From Candidatus Helarchaeota ASGARD archaeon Hel_GB_B (GTDB lineage: Archaea; Asgardarchaeota; Lokiarchaeia; Helarchaeales; HEL-GB-B), in the NCBI GenBank assembly GCA_005191425.1, contig SUPR01000005.1, positions 33,610 through 65,609 on the forward strand: DNA of 32,000 nucleotides, read 5' to 3'. Below the pieces are notes generated by a model. That model ran no database searches. It was not told the origin of the DNA and saw only the letters and a program-made list of their open reading frames with translations. Shown here in pieces: positions 9,534 through 18,759 of this stretch (position 1 is its first letter; every line of letters begins with the position of its first letter). The position numbers and the translations under genes are program-made.

Positions 9534-9689
9534 TTATTCTTTATCTAACCATTTTGGCTTTTTCCAATTCTTATTATACATACCCATAGGATCCCATTGA
9601 GCCCATCCACAATATGGACAAAAGTCCGGATCATTTCTTGTTTTCAATTTCTGTTCGTATTCTTTTCCACATTTTTTACATTTAATCAT
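9534..9689 (-). CDS. Small CxxC/CPxCG zinc-ribbon or rubredoxin-like peptide (51 aa, not in ORF track)
   Basis: Hand translation MIKCKKCGKEYEQKLKTRNDPDFCPYCGWAQWDPMGMYNKNWKKPKWLDKE; ATG start, TAA stop; same strand and 74 bp downstream of the ferritin-like gene. Confidence 0.8.
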   Translation of the reverse strand: MIKCKKCGKEYEQKLKTRNDPDFCPYCGWAQWDPMGMYNKNWKKPKWLDKE

Positions 9690-9763
9690 AAAACTCAACT
9701 TAGTCCTTAATTTAGATCTTCTTATGAAAAATAAAAAAATTACAGTTTTTAAAAGTTAGCTGT

Positions 9764-10237
9764 CTATTCTGTATATTCATCAAATAACCAATAATGTTCC
9801 TCTTCTTCCATATAAATATCTTCAAATAACTTTTTAGTAGTAATATCTCCTCTTTTTTCAGCATATTTAATTATTGTTCTATAATATTCCATAGCCCCTC
9901 GTTCTGCTTCTAAATTATTTTTAAGAAAATCATCATAATTATCTCCGATTTTTGGAGGTGCTGATTTTGTTGTAGGTCGTCCACCAAGTACAGCTATTCT
10001 CTCCGCAATTTTCTCAGCGTGGTCCATTTCTTGAATTGCTATTTCTTTTAACTTTGCGGATAATACTTCATATTTATTTTTACCCGTAATAATTTGAAGT
10101 GGGCTTGCTTTTTTCCTCATTTTTAGCATTTCTGACTTTGAATGTTGCGCCATGTATTGAATAATTGCTTGAATCTCCATATTAAGGGCATTATTTAAAT
10201 TCTCAAAATATTCATCATCTACTTTAATTGGTTTCAT
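9764..10237 (-). CDS. bfr: Bacterioferritin-like di-iron ferritin-family protein
   Basis: Ferroxidase ligands MEIQAIIQY, QEMDHAE, EAERG, EEEEH; Met in EMxH; SD GGTGG. Confidence 0.85.
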   Translation of the reverse strand: MKPIKVDDEYFENLNNALNMEIQAIIQYMAQHSKSEMLKMRKKASPLQIITGKNKYEVLSAKLKEIAIQEMDHAEKIAERIAVLGGRPTTKSAPPKIGDNYDDFLKNNLEAERGAMEYYRTIIKYAEKRGDITTKKLFEDIYMEEEEHYWLFDEYTE

Positions 10238-10254
10238 AAATATCCACCCATATT

Positions 10255-10719
10255 TTATTTTAAGTACTCCTTAAATTTTATTAAATGGTCTTCTTCTTCT
10301 TTAAAAATCTCCATAAAAAGTCTTCTTGTTGAATAATCACCTTCTTCAGCAGTTGCTTTTAGCATTTTACGATATAATTCCAAGGCTTCTTTCTCTGCTT
10401 TAATGCCTAATTTTAGAAAGTCTTCTATACTATTTCCCACATTAATTGGATCGTTTTTTGTTGTAGCTTCACTTCCAAGCAAATAAATCCGTTCCATAAT
10501 ACTTTCAGCATGTTTCATTTCTACAATTGCAATTTTCTCAAACATTTTTGCTAAAATATCAAAAGTAGTATCTTCCATTAAAATATTTTCTGGAATAATA
10601 CATTTTTTCATTGCTTCTATCTTAGAATGCTGGATCATATATTGAATAGATACCTATAGTTCTCTTGACACTGCTTTATTTAAAAGCTCAATATAAGAAT
10701 TCGATACTTTTAATTCCAT
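10255..10719 (-). pseudogene. Second bacterioferritin-like gene interrupted by in-frame TAG (10654-10656); nonsense allele or recoded
   Basis: From ATG 10719: MELKVSNSYIELLNKAVSREL*VSIQYMIQHSK, which aligns with the paralog LNNALNMEIQAIIQYMAQHSK with the stop opposite Gln. Remaining ligands EMKH, AEKE and EEEDH are intact. The track ORF (10255-10638) lacks helix A. Confidence 0.85.
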
Positions 10720-11250
10720 TTTATCAGATCGTTTTAATTTTTAATCTTTTTTTTATCCTTTTTTACTTAAATATTCTATTTTCTTTAAATAAATATCCTA
10801 AGAATTTGCTACTATTTACTAGTATTATTTGGGCAATTTCTTTATTATATTTTTTCTTTTTCTATAATTCATTGTTTATACATTAAGTTAATAACAGAAA
10901 CTATGTGTTTATATATTTTAGGAAATAGTATATCCCTAAACATCTCATATTTTTTCTTCTTATATAAAATGTGCAAAAAAATAGACCGAAAAAATGATTT
11001 TTAATAAAAAAATGGCATATGTTAGTTTTTTCCTCTTAAATTAACTTTTTCATTATTCAAGTTAGAAATTCCTATAAATTTATATAAAAAAATTTTTACA
11101 TAAAAAGCCAAATCAATGAACTTTTTAGCAAATCTACAAAGAATATATAAAATAACATGAAAATAATATGTTACATCAACTGATATACTAATTTTTATAA
11201 AAATAATAATAAATAAATAAAATAAAAAATCAAAAAAGGATATATATTAA

Positions 11251-11667
11251 ATGTCTGATAGTGAAGGTAAAGGCGGAAGTTGGCTTTACAGGATTATTTT
11301 AATTTTATCTGGTGGATTAATTTTAATTACTGGAATATTGAATTTTATTGGATTTAACCCATTAACTCCTTATCTTCCAGCAGAATATCAATACTTAGCG
11401 AATGTAACTGGATATACAAATATTACTATTGGCTTTTGAGGTCTAATTGCTGGTGTTGGCTTAATAAAAGACCAAGAATGGGGTTGGGGCATTTCGCTTG
11501 TAGTTCTTTCAATAGTTATTGTTTCATTTACAACTGAAGTTATAATAAGTTCTTTTAATTTTGCTGTGGTAATGTATGATCCTAATTACTGGATAAAATT
11601 AGTTGCTTTAATTATAGCAACCATTGGTATTGTGTATTTACTAGCTACAAAGAAGAGATATAAATAA
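11251..11667 (+). pseudogene. Multi-TM membrane protein gene interrupted by in-frame TGA (11437-11439)
   Basis: The frame continues 75 codons past the TGA: IGF*GLIAGVGLIKDQEWGWGISLVVLS...YLLATKKRYK-TAA. The stop falls inside a hydrophobic helix. Confidence 0.8.
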
Positions 11668-11823
11668 ATTTTTATCACTCATATCTTCTCTTCTATATTT
11701 TTTTTATAATTTTACTAATTTAGATATAGACATCACAAATTTTAAGAGATTGAATTTTTTATATGACACTTTTTAATTTGGATCAAATATCTACGAGCAT
11801 TTAATTAGAAAATTTTTATCTTG

Positions 11824-11854
11824 AAAATCCCATATGGTCAATTGCAGGGATTTT
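11824..11854. terminator. Inverted repeat AAAATCCC-N15-GGGATTTT between convergent genes
   Basis: 8-bp arms seen directly; function inferred from position only. Confidence 0.3.
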
Positions 11855-12021
11855 TAGAAAAATTTAATGGAAATAAATGATATTTTAATTTATGAAATAA
11901 TGTTATGTTAATAGTAAGATATAGAATAAAGATATTAAAATGACATATAATATGGATTCTTATTATGCATTAAATTCAAAATCATTTTCATTATTTATAA
12001 TAGTTTCATTAATTCAAGAGT

Positions 12022-12870
12022 TTATTCAAGAAAAAATGGGTTTAAATATTGTAAAATATTTTCAGTTAAAGGTCCTAATAAAGCATCTTGATCAGAAACT
12101 ATATAATAAAAATATGGGATTTTTAAGTCATTGCGAGGAATATCTTGTTTAATAGGGACTTGCATAGCTGAATTTATCACAGAAACTAAGACTGGGTCTT
12201 TATTAGGTATCCAAATTGGTTTATACTGACATTCCCATTCCTTTATTTTCGTTATTAAACCCATATTATTTAGATATTGTTCTAAATCTTCTTTTTCAAT
12301 TAAATGCGTGTATAGTATTGTATTATCAAAAGAACATATCGCGAGACCGAAAATTTTTTCATGAGAAAATTTCTTAATAATCAATTTATTAATTATTTTT
12401 TCAATTTTTTTTCTTTTTTTATTTATATATTCTTTTGCTACTTTATCAAATAATACGTTTTCAATAAAAGTTTCCTCTTCCAGACTAAACTCGATTTTTG
12501 CACCAGCTTCTATTTTATTTAGATATTTTTTTATGATAAAATTATAAATCCAATCGAGTTTAAGTTCAAAATAGTTTTTAAAAATATATGGTTCAAGAAA
12601 TACTATAAATACAATGTCTTCTCTTAATGAAATCAATGCATCAATTCCATATTGATTAATGTTCTCATCTGGGTTCTCTTTCTCGGGATAAAATCTAATA
12701 AATCCAATTTTATTTTGAAGACTTTTAGCAAAGGACAATATTGCAGTCATAAATCCGGCTTGTAGTGTCTGATCTTCAGATTCAAACCCTTTTAACTTCT
12801 TTTCAGACCAATTTTTATTATAAATTGGAATACCTGCTTTTGTCTGAATTCTTAAACCAAGAGTACCCAT
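12022..12870 (-). CDS. Longin-like N-terminal domain + second roadblock/longin-like domain protein
   Basis: GLRIQTKAGIPIY..W..LQAGFMTAILSFAK is a typical Asgard longin start; the second alpha/beta module begins IFGLAICSFDNTILY. Confidence 0.6.
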   Translation of the reverse strand: MGTLGLRIQTKAGIPIYNKNWSEKKLKGFESEDQTLQAGFMTAILSFAKSLQNKIGFIRFYPEKENPDENINQYGIDALISLREDIVFIVFLEPYIFKNYFELKLDWIYNFIIKKYLNKIEAGAKIEFSLEEETFIENVLFDKVAKEYINKKRKKIEKIINKLIIKKFSHEKIFGLAICSFDNTILYTHLIEKEDLEQYLNNMGLITKIKEWECQYKPIWIPNKDPVLVSVINSAMQVPIKQDIPRNDLKIPYFYYIVSDQDALLGPLTENILQYLNPFFLE

Positions 12871-12989
12871 TATATGAATTAATATAACTCTGATTAATAA
12901 TTATTTTGAAATAGAGTAAATAATTAAATTAATTAAATAAAAAAGATTTTTAATTAACTATTGACATAAATACTAAGAAGTGTGATTAA

Positions 12990-14696
12990 ATGGAGCTAGA
13001 GGAAAATATCCAAAAATTGATCGAAAAAGCTGATTTAACTCGAAGCGAAATTATGGAACTAATCAACAAAAAAAAGAAAGAATTTGATGGACTAATGACT
13101 GATGAAGGAGCTTTACAATTAATTGCAGAGGAACTAGATATTAGTCTTGATAAGAAATTAAAGCCACCTAGAAGGCCAATAACTTTAATACAAGATATAA
13201 CCCCTCAAAAAACTCTGGTAAATTTAGTAGGAAGAGTTCAAAAGATTTATGATGTAAAAACATTTACTCGAAAAAAAACTAACACTGAAGGAAAAGTAGG
13301 TAGTTTCATTATTGAAGATAAAACAGGACAAATAAGGGTCGTTTTATGGGACAGGCAAACTGAAATTATAGAAACTCATCAAATAGAAGAAGATATGCCT
13401 ATCTATATTGAAAATGGAACAGTAAAAAGTGGGCAAAATGGACTTGAAATTCATGTAGGTCGTAGAACTAAAATTGATAACCCACCTCAATCTCTTTTAG
13501 AAAATATTCCAGAAAAAATAGAGATTTATCAAATCAAAAATCTTCAACCTGGGATGAAAGGTATAAATGTTCACGGCACAATTAATTGGATGGGTGAAAT
13601 TAAAGAATTTAAAAGAAGTGACGGCTCTATTGGTCAGGTCATCCCAGTTATTATAAGAGACGAGACAGGTTCAATAAAATGTAGTGCTTGGGATATGAAA
13701 GCAGAGGACATTATGAAATATAAAGTGGGCGATTCCATTAGATTAGATAATGTTTCTGTTAAAAAGAATAATATGGGTAATTTGGAAATTAATACAAATA
13801 TTGATACTATTATTAATAAGGAAATTAAATTAATTATTTCTAAAAATAATATGGGGACTGAGTTTAAAATTGACCAACTCAATCCAAAAAGTAAAAATGT
13901 CAATATTAAATTTAAAGTTGTACAATTAAATGATTCCCGTCAAATAATTTCTAAAAACGGCAACGAATTTAAAATTGCAGATTTTCTAATTGCAGACGAA
14001 ACAGGGTGTATTAATCTTACGGCATGGAATGAGGACATAGAAAAAATCCATGTCGGAAAAGTATATCAAATTATTAATGGTTATATAAATGAATTTAGAG
14101 GCTCTATAAGTTTAAATATAGGTAAATTTGGTGAAATTAAAGAACTGGACGAGGAAATTAATGATATCAACTTAGAAAATAATATTTCTAATGTTATATA
14201 TAATTCCTTGGAAAATAGAAAATTTATTAAGGATGTAAAAGATAAAGAATTCGTTCAAATTCGGGGTGCGATAGTAAAGGTTTTTAAAAAGAAACCGATA
14301 TATGAAGCATGCCCTAATTGTATGAAAAAGGTTGTCAAAATTGAAGATAAATGGGAATGTCCAAATTGTGGGATAATTGATAATATAATCTATCGAATGA
14401 TTTGGTCTTTTGTCTTGGACGATGGAACCAGTAATATAAGAGTTACTGTCGGCGGAAAATTAGCTGAAGATTTATTAGGGTTTGATGCAATTGCCGCTCA
14501 AGAAATAATTGAGCATGAGTGGTATGACGAAGCACCTTTAAAGATCAAAGAAAATGAATTACTGGGAAAAGAAATAATCATTATAGGTACCATTAGACGC
14601 AGTGATTTCACAGGAGACCTTGAGATATTTGCTTCTAAAGTAGAAAATGCCGATCCATTAAAAGAAGCTGATATAATTTTTAATCAAATACAATAA
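12990..14696 (+). CDS. rpa: Replication protein A (about four OB folds, C-terminal C4 Zn finger)
   Basis: N-terminal helical domain (EGALQLIAEELDI); repeated OB signatures (DKTGQIRVVLW, DETGSIKCSAW, DETGCINLTAW, DDGTSNIRVT); CPNC..CPNC. Confidence 0.92.
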   Translation: MELEENIQKLIEKADLTRSEIMELINKKKKEFDGLMTDEGALQLIAEELDISLDKKLKPPRRPITLIQDITPQKTLVNLVGRVQKIYDVKTFTRKKTNTEGKVGSFIIEDKTGQIRVVLWDRQTEIIETHQIEEDMPIYIENGTVKSGQNGLEIHVGRRTKIDNPPQSLLENIPEKIEIYQIKNLQPGMKGINVHGTINWMGEIKEFKRSDGSIGQVIPVIIRDETGSIKCSAWDMKAEDIMKYKVGDSIRLDNVSVKKNNMGNLEINTNIDTIINKEIKLIISKNNMGTEFKIDQLNPKSKNVNIKFKVVQLNDSRQIISKNGNEFKIADFLIADETGCINLTAWNEDIEKIHVGKVYQIINGYINEFRGSISLNIGKFGEIKELDEEINDINLENNISNVIYNSLENRKFIKDVKDKEFVQIRGAIVKVFKKKPIYEACPNCMKKVVKIEDKWECPNCGIIDNIIYRMIWSFVLDDGTSNIRVTVGGKLAEDLLGFDAIAAQEIIEHEWYDEAPLKIKENELLGKEIIIIGTIRRSDFTGDLEIFASKVENADPLKEADIIFNQIQ

Positions 14697-14706
14697 TTTT
14701 TTAGTT

Positions 14707-16194
14707 TTAATCATATTTTGTTTTTATATATGAATATATCTCATCCTTTTTAATTCTAATTTGTTCTGTAGAATCTCTATCCCTTAAAGTTACTGTATTA
14801 TCCTCAATTGATTGATAATCTATTGTAACTGCAAAAGGTGTTCCTAACTCATCATGTCTTCTGTATCGTCTACCGATCGCCCCAGAATCATCATAATTAG
14901 AATATATTCCTTTTTTAAGGAGGTCATTATAAATTTCTTTTGCCATTTGTATCTGAGATTTGTCTTTTTTAATCAAAGGAAAAACTGCAACCCTAATTGG
15001 TGCTATTTGATTGGGAAGCTTTAAGAGAATACGATTATGCTTGTCATCTATAGTAATTGACTGGTCAATGATTGCATATACCGATCGTTCGATTCCAAAT
15101 GCAATCTCCAAAATTTCTGGAATTATATTCTGTTGGCCTACTTTAACGGACAAATCTTCTTTTGAGAATTGTTGGTGCCTTTTTAAATCATAATTTGTTC
15201 GGTCATGCACACCACAAATTTCTATCCATCCATATTGTTTTGTTTTAATTTCAAGATCCCATGCATCATCTGCATAATGGGCTTTCTCTTCGTCAGAATG
15301 TTGTCTGAACCTAATATTTTCATCAAGAAAACCGAATTCCTTACAAATTTTATATGCAAGTCCTAAACAATAAGCATATGCTGGCTTTTTTAAATATTTT
15401 TCATTAATTGCACCTTCTAAATTAATCCAAATGGGCTTGAAATTCTTTTGTTTCTGAAATTTCCAAGGTAATAGCGGTATATTTAGATTTTTTACTGTGT
15501 TAAATCGTTCGAAGTCATATTCTTGCTGTTTTGTTAAAAATATTTGGCACTCCAATTGATTAAATTCCCTTAATCTAATAAGCCCTTGCCTAGGTGATAT
15601 CTCATTTCTATAAGCTTTACCTAGTTGGAATATCTCTATTGGAAGTTTCTGCCTAGAATCTCTATAAAGCCGTTTAAACGGAAGATATGTTGTAGTCGCA
15701 GTTTCCGGTCTTAAGTATGCCTCCTTATTCCCGGCTATCATGATTTTTAACATTAAATTATATGGTTCAACATGACCAAGTTTTCCACCACAATTCGGGC
15801 ACTTCAAATTATTTTTAAGCAAAATCTGTTCAAGCGAACTAAAAGAAAGTCCATCAGGACTTTCGTTGGGTAATAATTCTTTAATTAATTTATCCACCCT
15901 AAATAATGAGCCACATTTAATACAAGTAGTAACTGGGTCTATAAAACGTTCTAAATGTCCTGATGCTTCCCAAACTATTCTTGGCATTATATTTGGGCAT
16001 TCAATTTCTATAAAATTCTCAAATAATAATATTCTTCTGAATATTTTTATTATATTATTTTTTAATAATGTCCCTGAAGGCCCATATTCATAAAATCCAG
16101 CTAGACCTCCATATATCTCTGGTGAAGGTCCCCATATAAATCCACGCCGGGTTAATAATGAGTTCAATGCATTTATTTCGTTGTTCATTTGCAT
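14707..16194 (-). CDS. glyS: Glycine--tRNA ligase (alpha2, archaeal/eukaryotic type)
   Basis: RRGF..YGGLAGFYEYGP, LRPETA, FRQH..EKAHYA, GRRYRRHDELGTPFAVTID. Confidence 0.96.
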   Translation of the reverse strand: MQMNNEINALNSLLTRRGFIWGPSPEIYGGLAGFYEYGPSGTLLKNNIIKIFRRILLFENFIEIECPNIMPRIVWEASGHLERFIDPVTTCIKCGSLFRVDKLIKELLPNESPDGLSFSSLEQILLKNNLKCPNCGGKLGHVEPYNLMLKIMIAGNKEAYLRPETATTTYLPFKRLYRDSRQKLPIEIFQLGKAYRNEISPRQGLIRLREFNQLECQIFLTKQQEYDFERFNTVKNLNIPLLPWKFQKQKNFKPIWINLEGAINEKYLKKPAYAYCLGLAYKICKEFGFLDENIRFRQHSDEEKAHYADDAWDLEIKTKQYGWIEICGVHDRTNYDLKRHQQFSKEDLSVKVGQQNIIPEILEIAFGIERSVYAIIDQSITIDDKHNRILLKLPNQIAPIRVAVFPLIKKDKSQIQMAKEIYNDLLKKGIYSNYDDSGAIGRRYRRHDELGTPFAVTIDYQSIEDNTVTLRDRDSTEQIRIKKDEIYSYIKTKYD

Positions 16195-16401
16195 ACAAAT
16201 CTTCTCTCAATTTATATTTTTATAGTAATGAATAAATAGATATTCATTTTAAAAATATCTTTTTAAATAGATGAAAATTTAGTATATTCAAAAAATATCA
16301 GTCTTGATAAAATCTCAAATAATATAATAAAATCTCTTATTTATTATAACCAAAATTAAACATTTTTTTTAAAATCACATAAAATTGGAAAAACTAAAAT
16401 A

Positions 16402-17493
16402 TTAAAAATAAAAATCATCAATTTCAACTTTATAATTATTTTTATTAGAAAAATTGACTATTGCTTGGCCCATTATTAAATTTGAGAGCAATTCATTATC
16501 TTTATTACAAAATTTTTCCTTAATCGTATTAATATCATTATCTGAAGAGATATGAAGAAATATATAATTGGTAAAAATCGCAAATCGGTTCCTTTTTTTA
16601 TCCAATGGTGTGGTCAATGAAGCTAATATTCCTTCATTTACATTATATCTTGAATTCAATAGCAATAGTGAATAACTTATTTCATCAATGGGATCAATAA
16701 CCATTAAATGCGGTTTTGGGTCTGGATTATCTATCTTATATATTAACTGAATAAAATAGAACAAATTTACTATAAACCGCTTACCCGTTTTATTTATACC
16801 TTTAAATTTAATAACAATTGGGAAATTTTGAAGATTTTTAATGTTTAAATTAGTAGATTCTACGTCTAAAATTTCTTTGATTGGCCCGTGAATTAGTCCT
16901 GTTATAATTGATTTTAAATGAGATATTGCTTTTTTAAAAACATCGTCCGAAAAAATGGACACGACCTCATCTCCCAATTCAAACAGTAATAATAAATCTG
17001 ATAAAGTAGGATTCTCAAAATTGTCATTTAAATATTTTATAAATTCTTTTAAAATAAAGGACTCCTCTATATTTAAATTAAAGGTGTCTCTAAAAATATC
17101 TATCAATATTTCTAAATATTCATCGTTTTCTCTAATTAATTCTAAAGGATTAATTGAAAAATTTTCGTTTCCAAATTCAATAGACCAAATTTCGCGTTCT
17201 AACCATTTTGAGTCCAATAATTTGTCATACTCATTATTTATATCAAATATGATCGGGTTTAAATTTGTATTTTCAATTATTTGTAATAATAAACGCTTTA
17301 TAATTGAAGATTTTCCAGAAAATACATCCCCACAAATTAAAATATTGTTTAATATATATTTAATTGGAATTTTAAATTCCATAATTTTATTATTGACCAT
17401 TATATTCCCTAATACAGGGTCATTATTACATAAATCAGTTAAATTAATTCCATAGAATTCATCCTTAATCTTATTTTCATATTCTTGAGCCAT
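16402..17493 (-). CDS. Divergent DUF87/HerA-like P-loop protein, probably degenerate ATPase
   Basis: NILICGDVFSGKS (Walker A-like), IIFDINNEY (family D..GEY motif), atypical Walker B region LMVIDPIDEI. Confidence 0.65.
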   Translation of the reverse strand: MAQEYENKIKDEFYGINLTDLCNNDPVLGNIMVNNKIMEFKIPIKYILNNILICGDVFSGKSSIIKRLLLQIIENTNLNPIIFDINNEYDKLLDSKWLEREIWSIEFGNENFSINPLELIRENDEYLEILIDIFRDTFNLNIEESFILKEFIKYLNDNFENPTLSDLLLLFELGDEVVSIFSDDVFKKAISHLKSIITGLIHGPIKEILDVESTNLNIKNLQNFPIVIKFKGINKTGKRFIVNLFYFIQLIYKIDNPDPKPHLMVIDPIDEISYSLLLLNSRYNVNEGILASLTTPLDKKRNRFAIFTNYIFLHISSDNDINTIKEKFCNKDNELLSNLIMGQAIVNFSNKNNYKVEIDDFYF

Positions 17494-17850
17494 ATTGTAT
17501 CCAATCCTATGTTATTTGTTTAGTCTGATTATTAATTATCAGGTATTTAATTTTTAATCATATTCACTATTCTTCCTAAAAGAATCATCCCTAGAGAGGT
17601 CACCGAAAGTAAAAACACACAAAATAAGTCGTAATAAAAATGACCTTATAAATAAATCAATGCTTTAAATATTATTTTCTAGCTGATTATGGATAGAATT
17701 TAATAATTTGCATAATAAAAATAGAGACTGAAGAAATTTGATATAATTCTTTATTGTTTGAAAATTGATTATTATTGTATTCAATCAATATAGAATAACC
17801 TAATTATGAACAAATCTGACTACATATTACTCATCATTAACAGTAAGTTT

Positions 17851-17864
17851 TAGGTTATAACCTA
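17851..17864. promoter_or_regulatory. Perfect 14-bp palindrome TAGGTTATAACCTA, candidate operator
   Basis: Read directly; its GTTATAAC core recurs at 18084-18091. Confidence 0.45.
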
Positions 17865-18062
17865 TCTTATTTTCAGTTCGAAAATAATATTTTCCTGTAA
17901 TTAAGGAGATAATACCAAATCTTGAATTATATTAGTGGGAAATCGAAATGTAAATACAAAAACCAAAAATTATGTTTAATTAAGTTTCCAATTCTCTGCT
18001 TAAACTTACAAAAATAGGCCCCTTATTTATTTTTAATACAATATTTTTTAAAAAAGAAATAG

Positions 18063-18091
18063 GCAAAATTTTTATATCACGGTGTTATAAC
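18063..18091 (+). promoter_or_regulatory. BRE-TATA promoter (GCAAAA-TTTTTATA) followed by GTTATAAC
   Basis: Matches the archaeal BRE/TATA layout; the palindrome lies between the TATA box and the expected start site. Confidence 0.45.
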
Positions 18092-18260
18092 GTTAAATGA
18101 TGAAGTAGTATTAATAAGAGATATTTTAAAATTAATTATACGAACTGAAAATTAAAATGAAATTAAAAACAAAAAATAAAAATAAAAATCAAACATTAAG
18201 AAAGTTTTTAATTACAAAAATTGGTTTAAAATATCTTTTAAAAAATAAAGAGGTGATATA

Positions 18261-18536
18261 ATGAACTGGGAAAGCAAAGTGTCATCTAAAAGTTTTAGAA
18301 CAATCTACAATCTTCCACCCTCTGCAAAATTTATTCTCTATGTTCTAAATAAAAAGGGTGCAACAAGCCGTAAGGATATAATCGATGAAACACTTTTATC
18401 AAGTAGAACAGTTGGTCATGCATTAAAATTGTTGTTAGAATCAAAATTAATAGAAAAAGTTAAACCCTCTAGAGATAAACCAAAATCAAGGATTGATAAT
18501 AGAATTGTTAAATATCGATTAACTAAAAATAATTAA
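18261..18536 (+). CDS. MarR-like winged-helix transcription regulator
   Basis: LPPSAKFILYVL..SRKDIIDETLLSSRTVGHALKLL..DNRIVKY; SD GAGGTGA. Confidence 0.85.
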   Translation: MNWESKVSSKSFRTIYNLPPSAKFILYVLNKKGATSRKDIIDETLLSSRTVGHALKLLLESKLIEKVKPSRDKPKSRIDNRIVKYRLTKNN

Positions 18537-18759
18537 ATATTTCTTTCTAATATATTTCTTTTTTATTTGAAATATAAAAATTTAATTTCAATTTTTAATT
18601 AAATAATATTAAATTTTATGATTCTTAGATGGTTGTTAAATAATTATCTGATAATATCATAAATAACGAATTTATCAATAAATTTCTATCATATTTTACA
18701 AATTTTTTCTAATATTTTTAATTAACTAAAAATAATGATTAATTTTAGTTTTAATTTAT

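Noticed and set aside
10665-10886. 73-aa hydrophobic + strand ORF
   Set aside because: It overlaps the true 5' end of the second ferritin-like gene on the opposite strand; the hydrophobicity reflects T-rich intergenic DNA.
11940-12152. 70-aa + strand ORF
   Set aside because: Antisense overlap with the longin-like gene, no SD and no motif.
17586-17647. AGGTCA...TGACCT complementarity as a riboswitch or ncRNA
   Set aside because: Only 6 bp, with no supporting internal structure or known motif.
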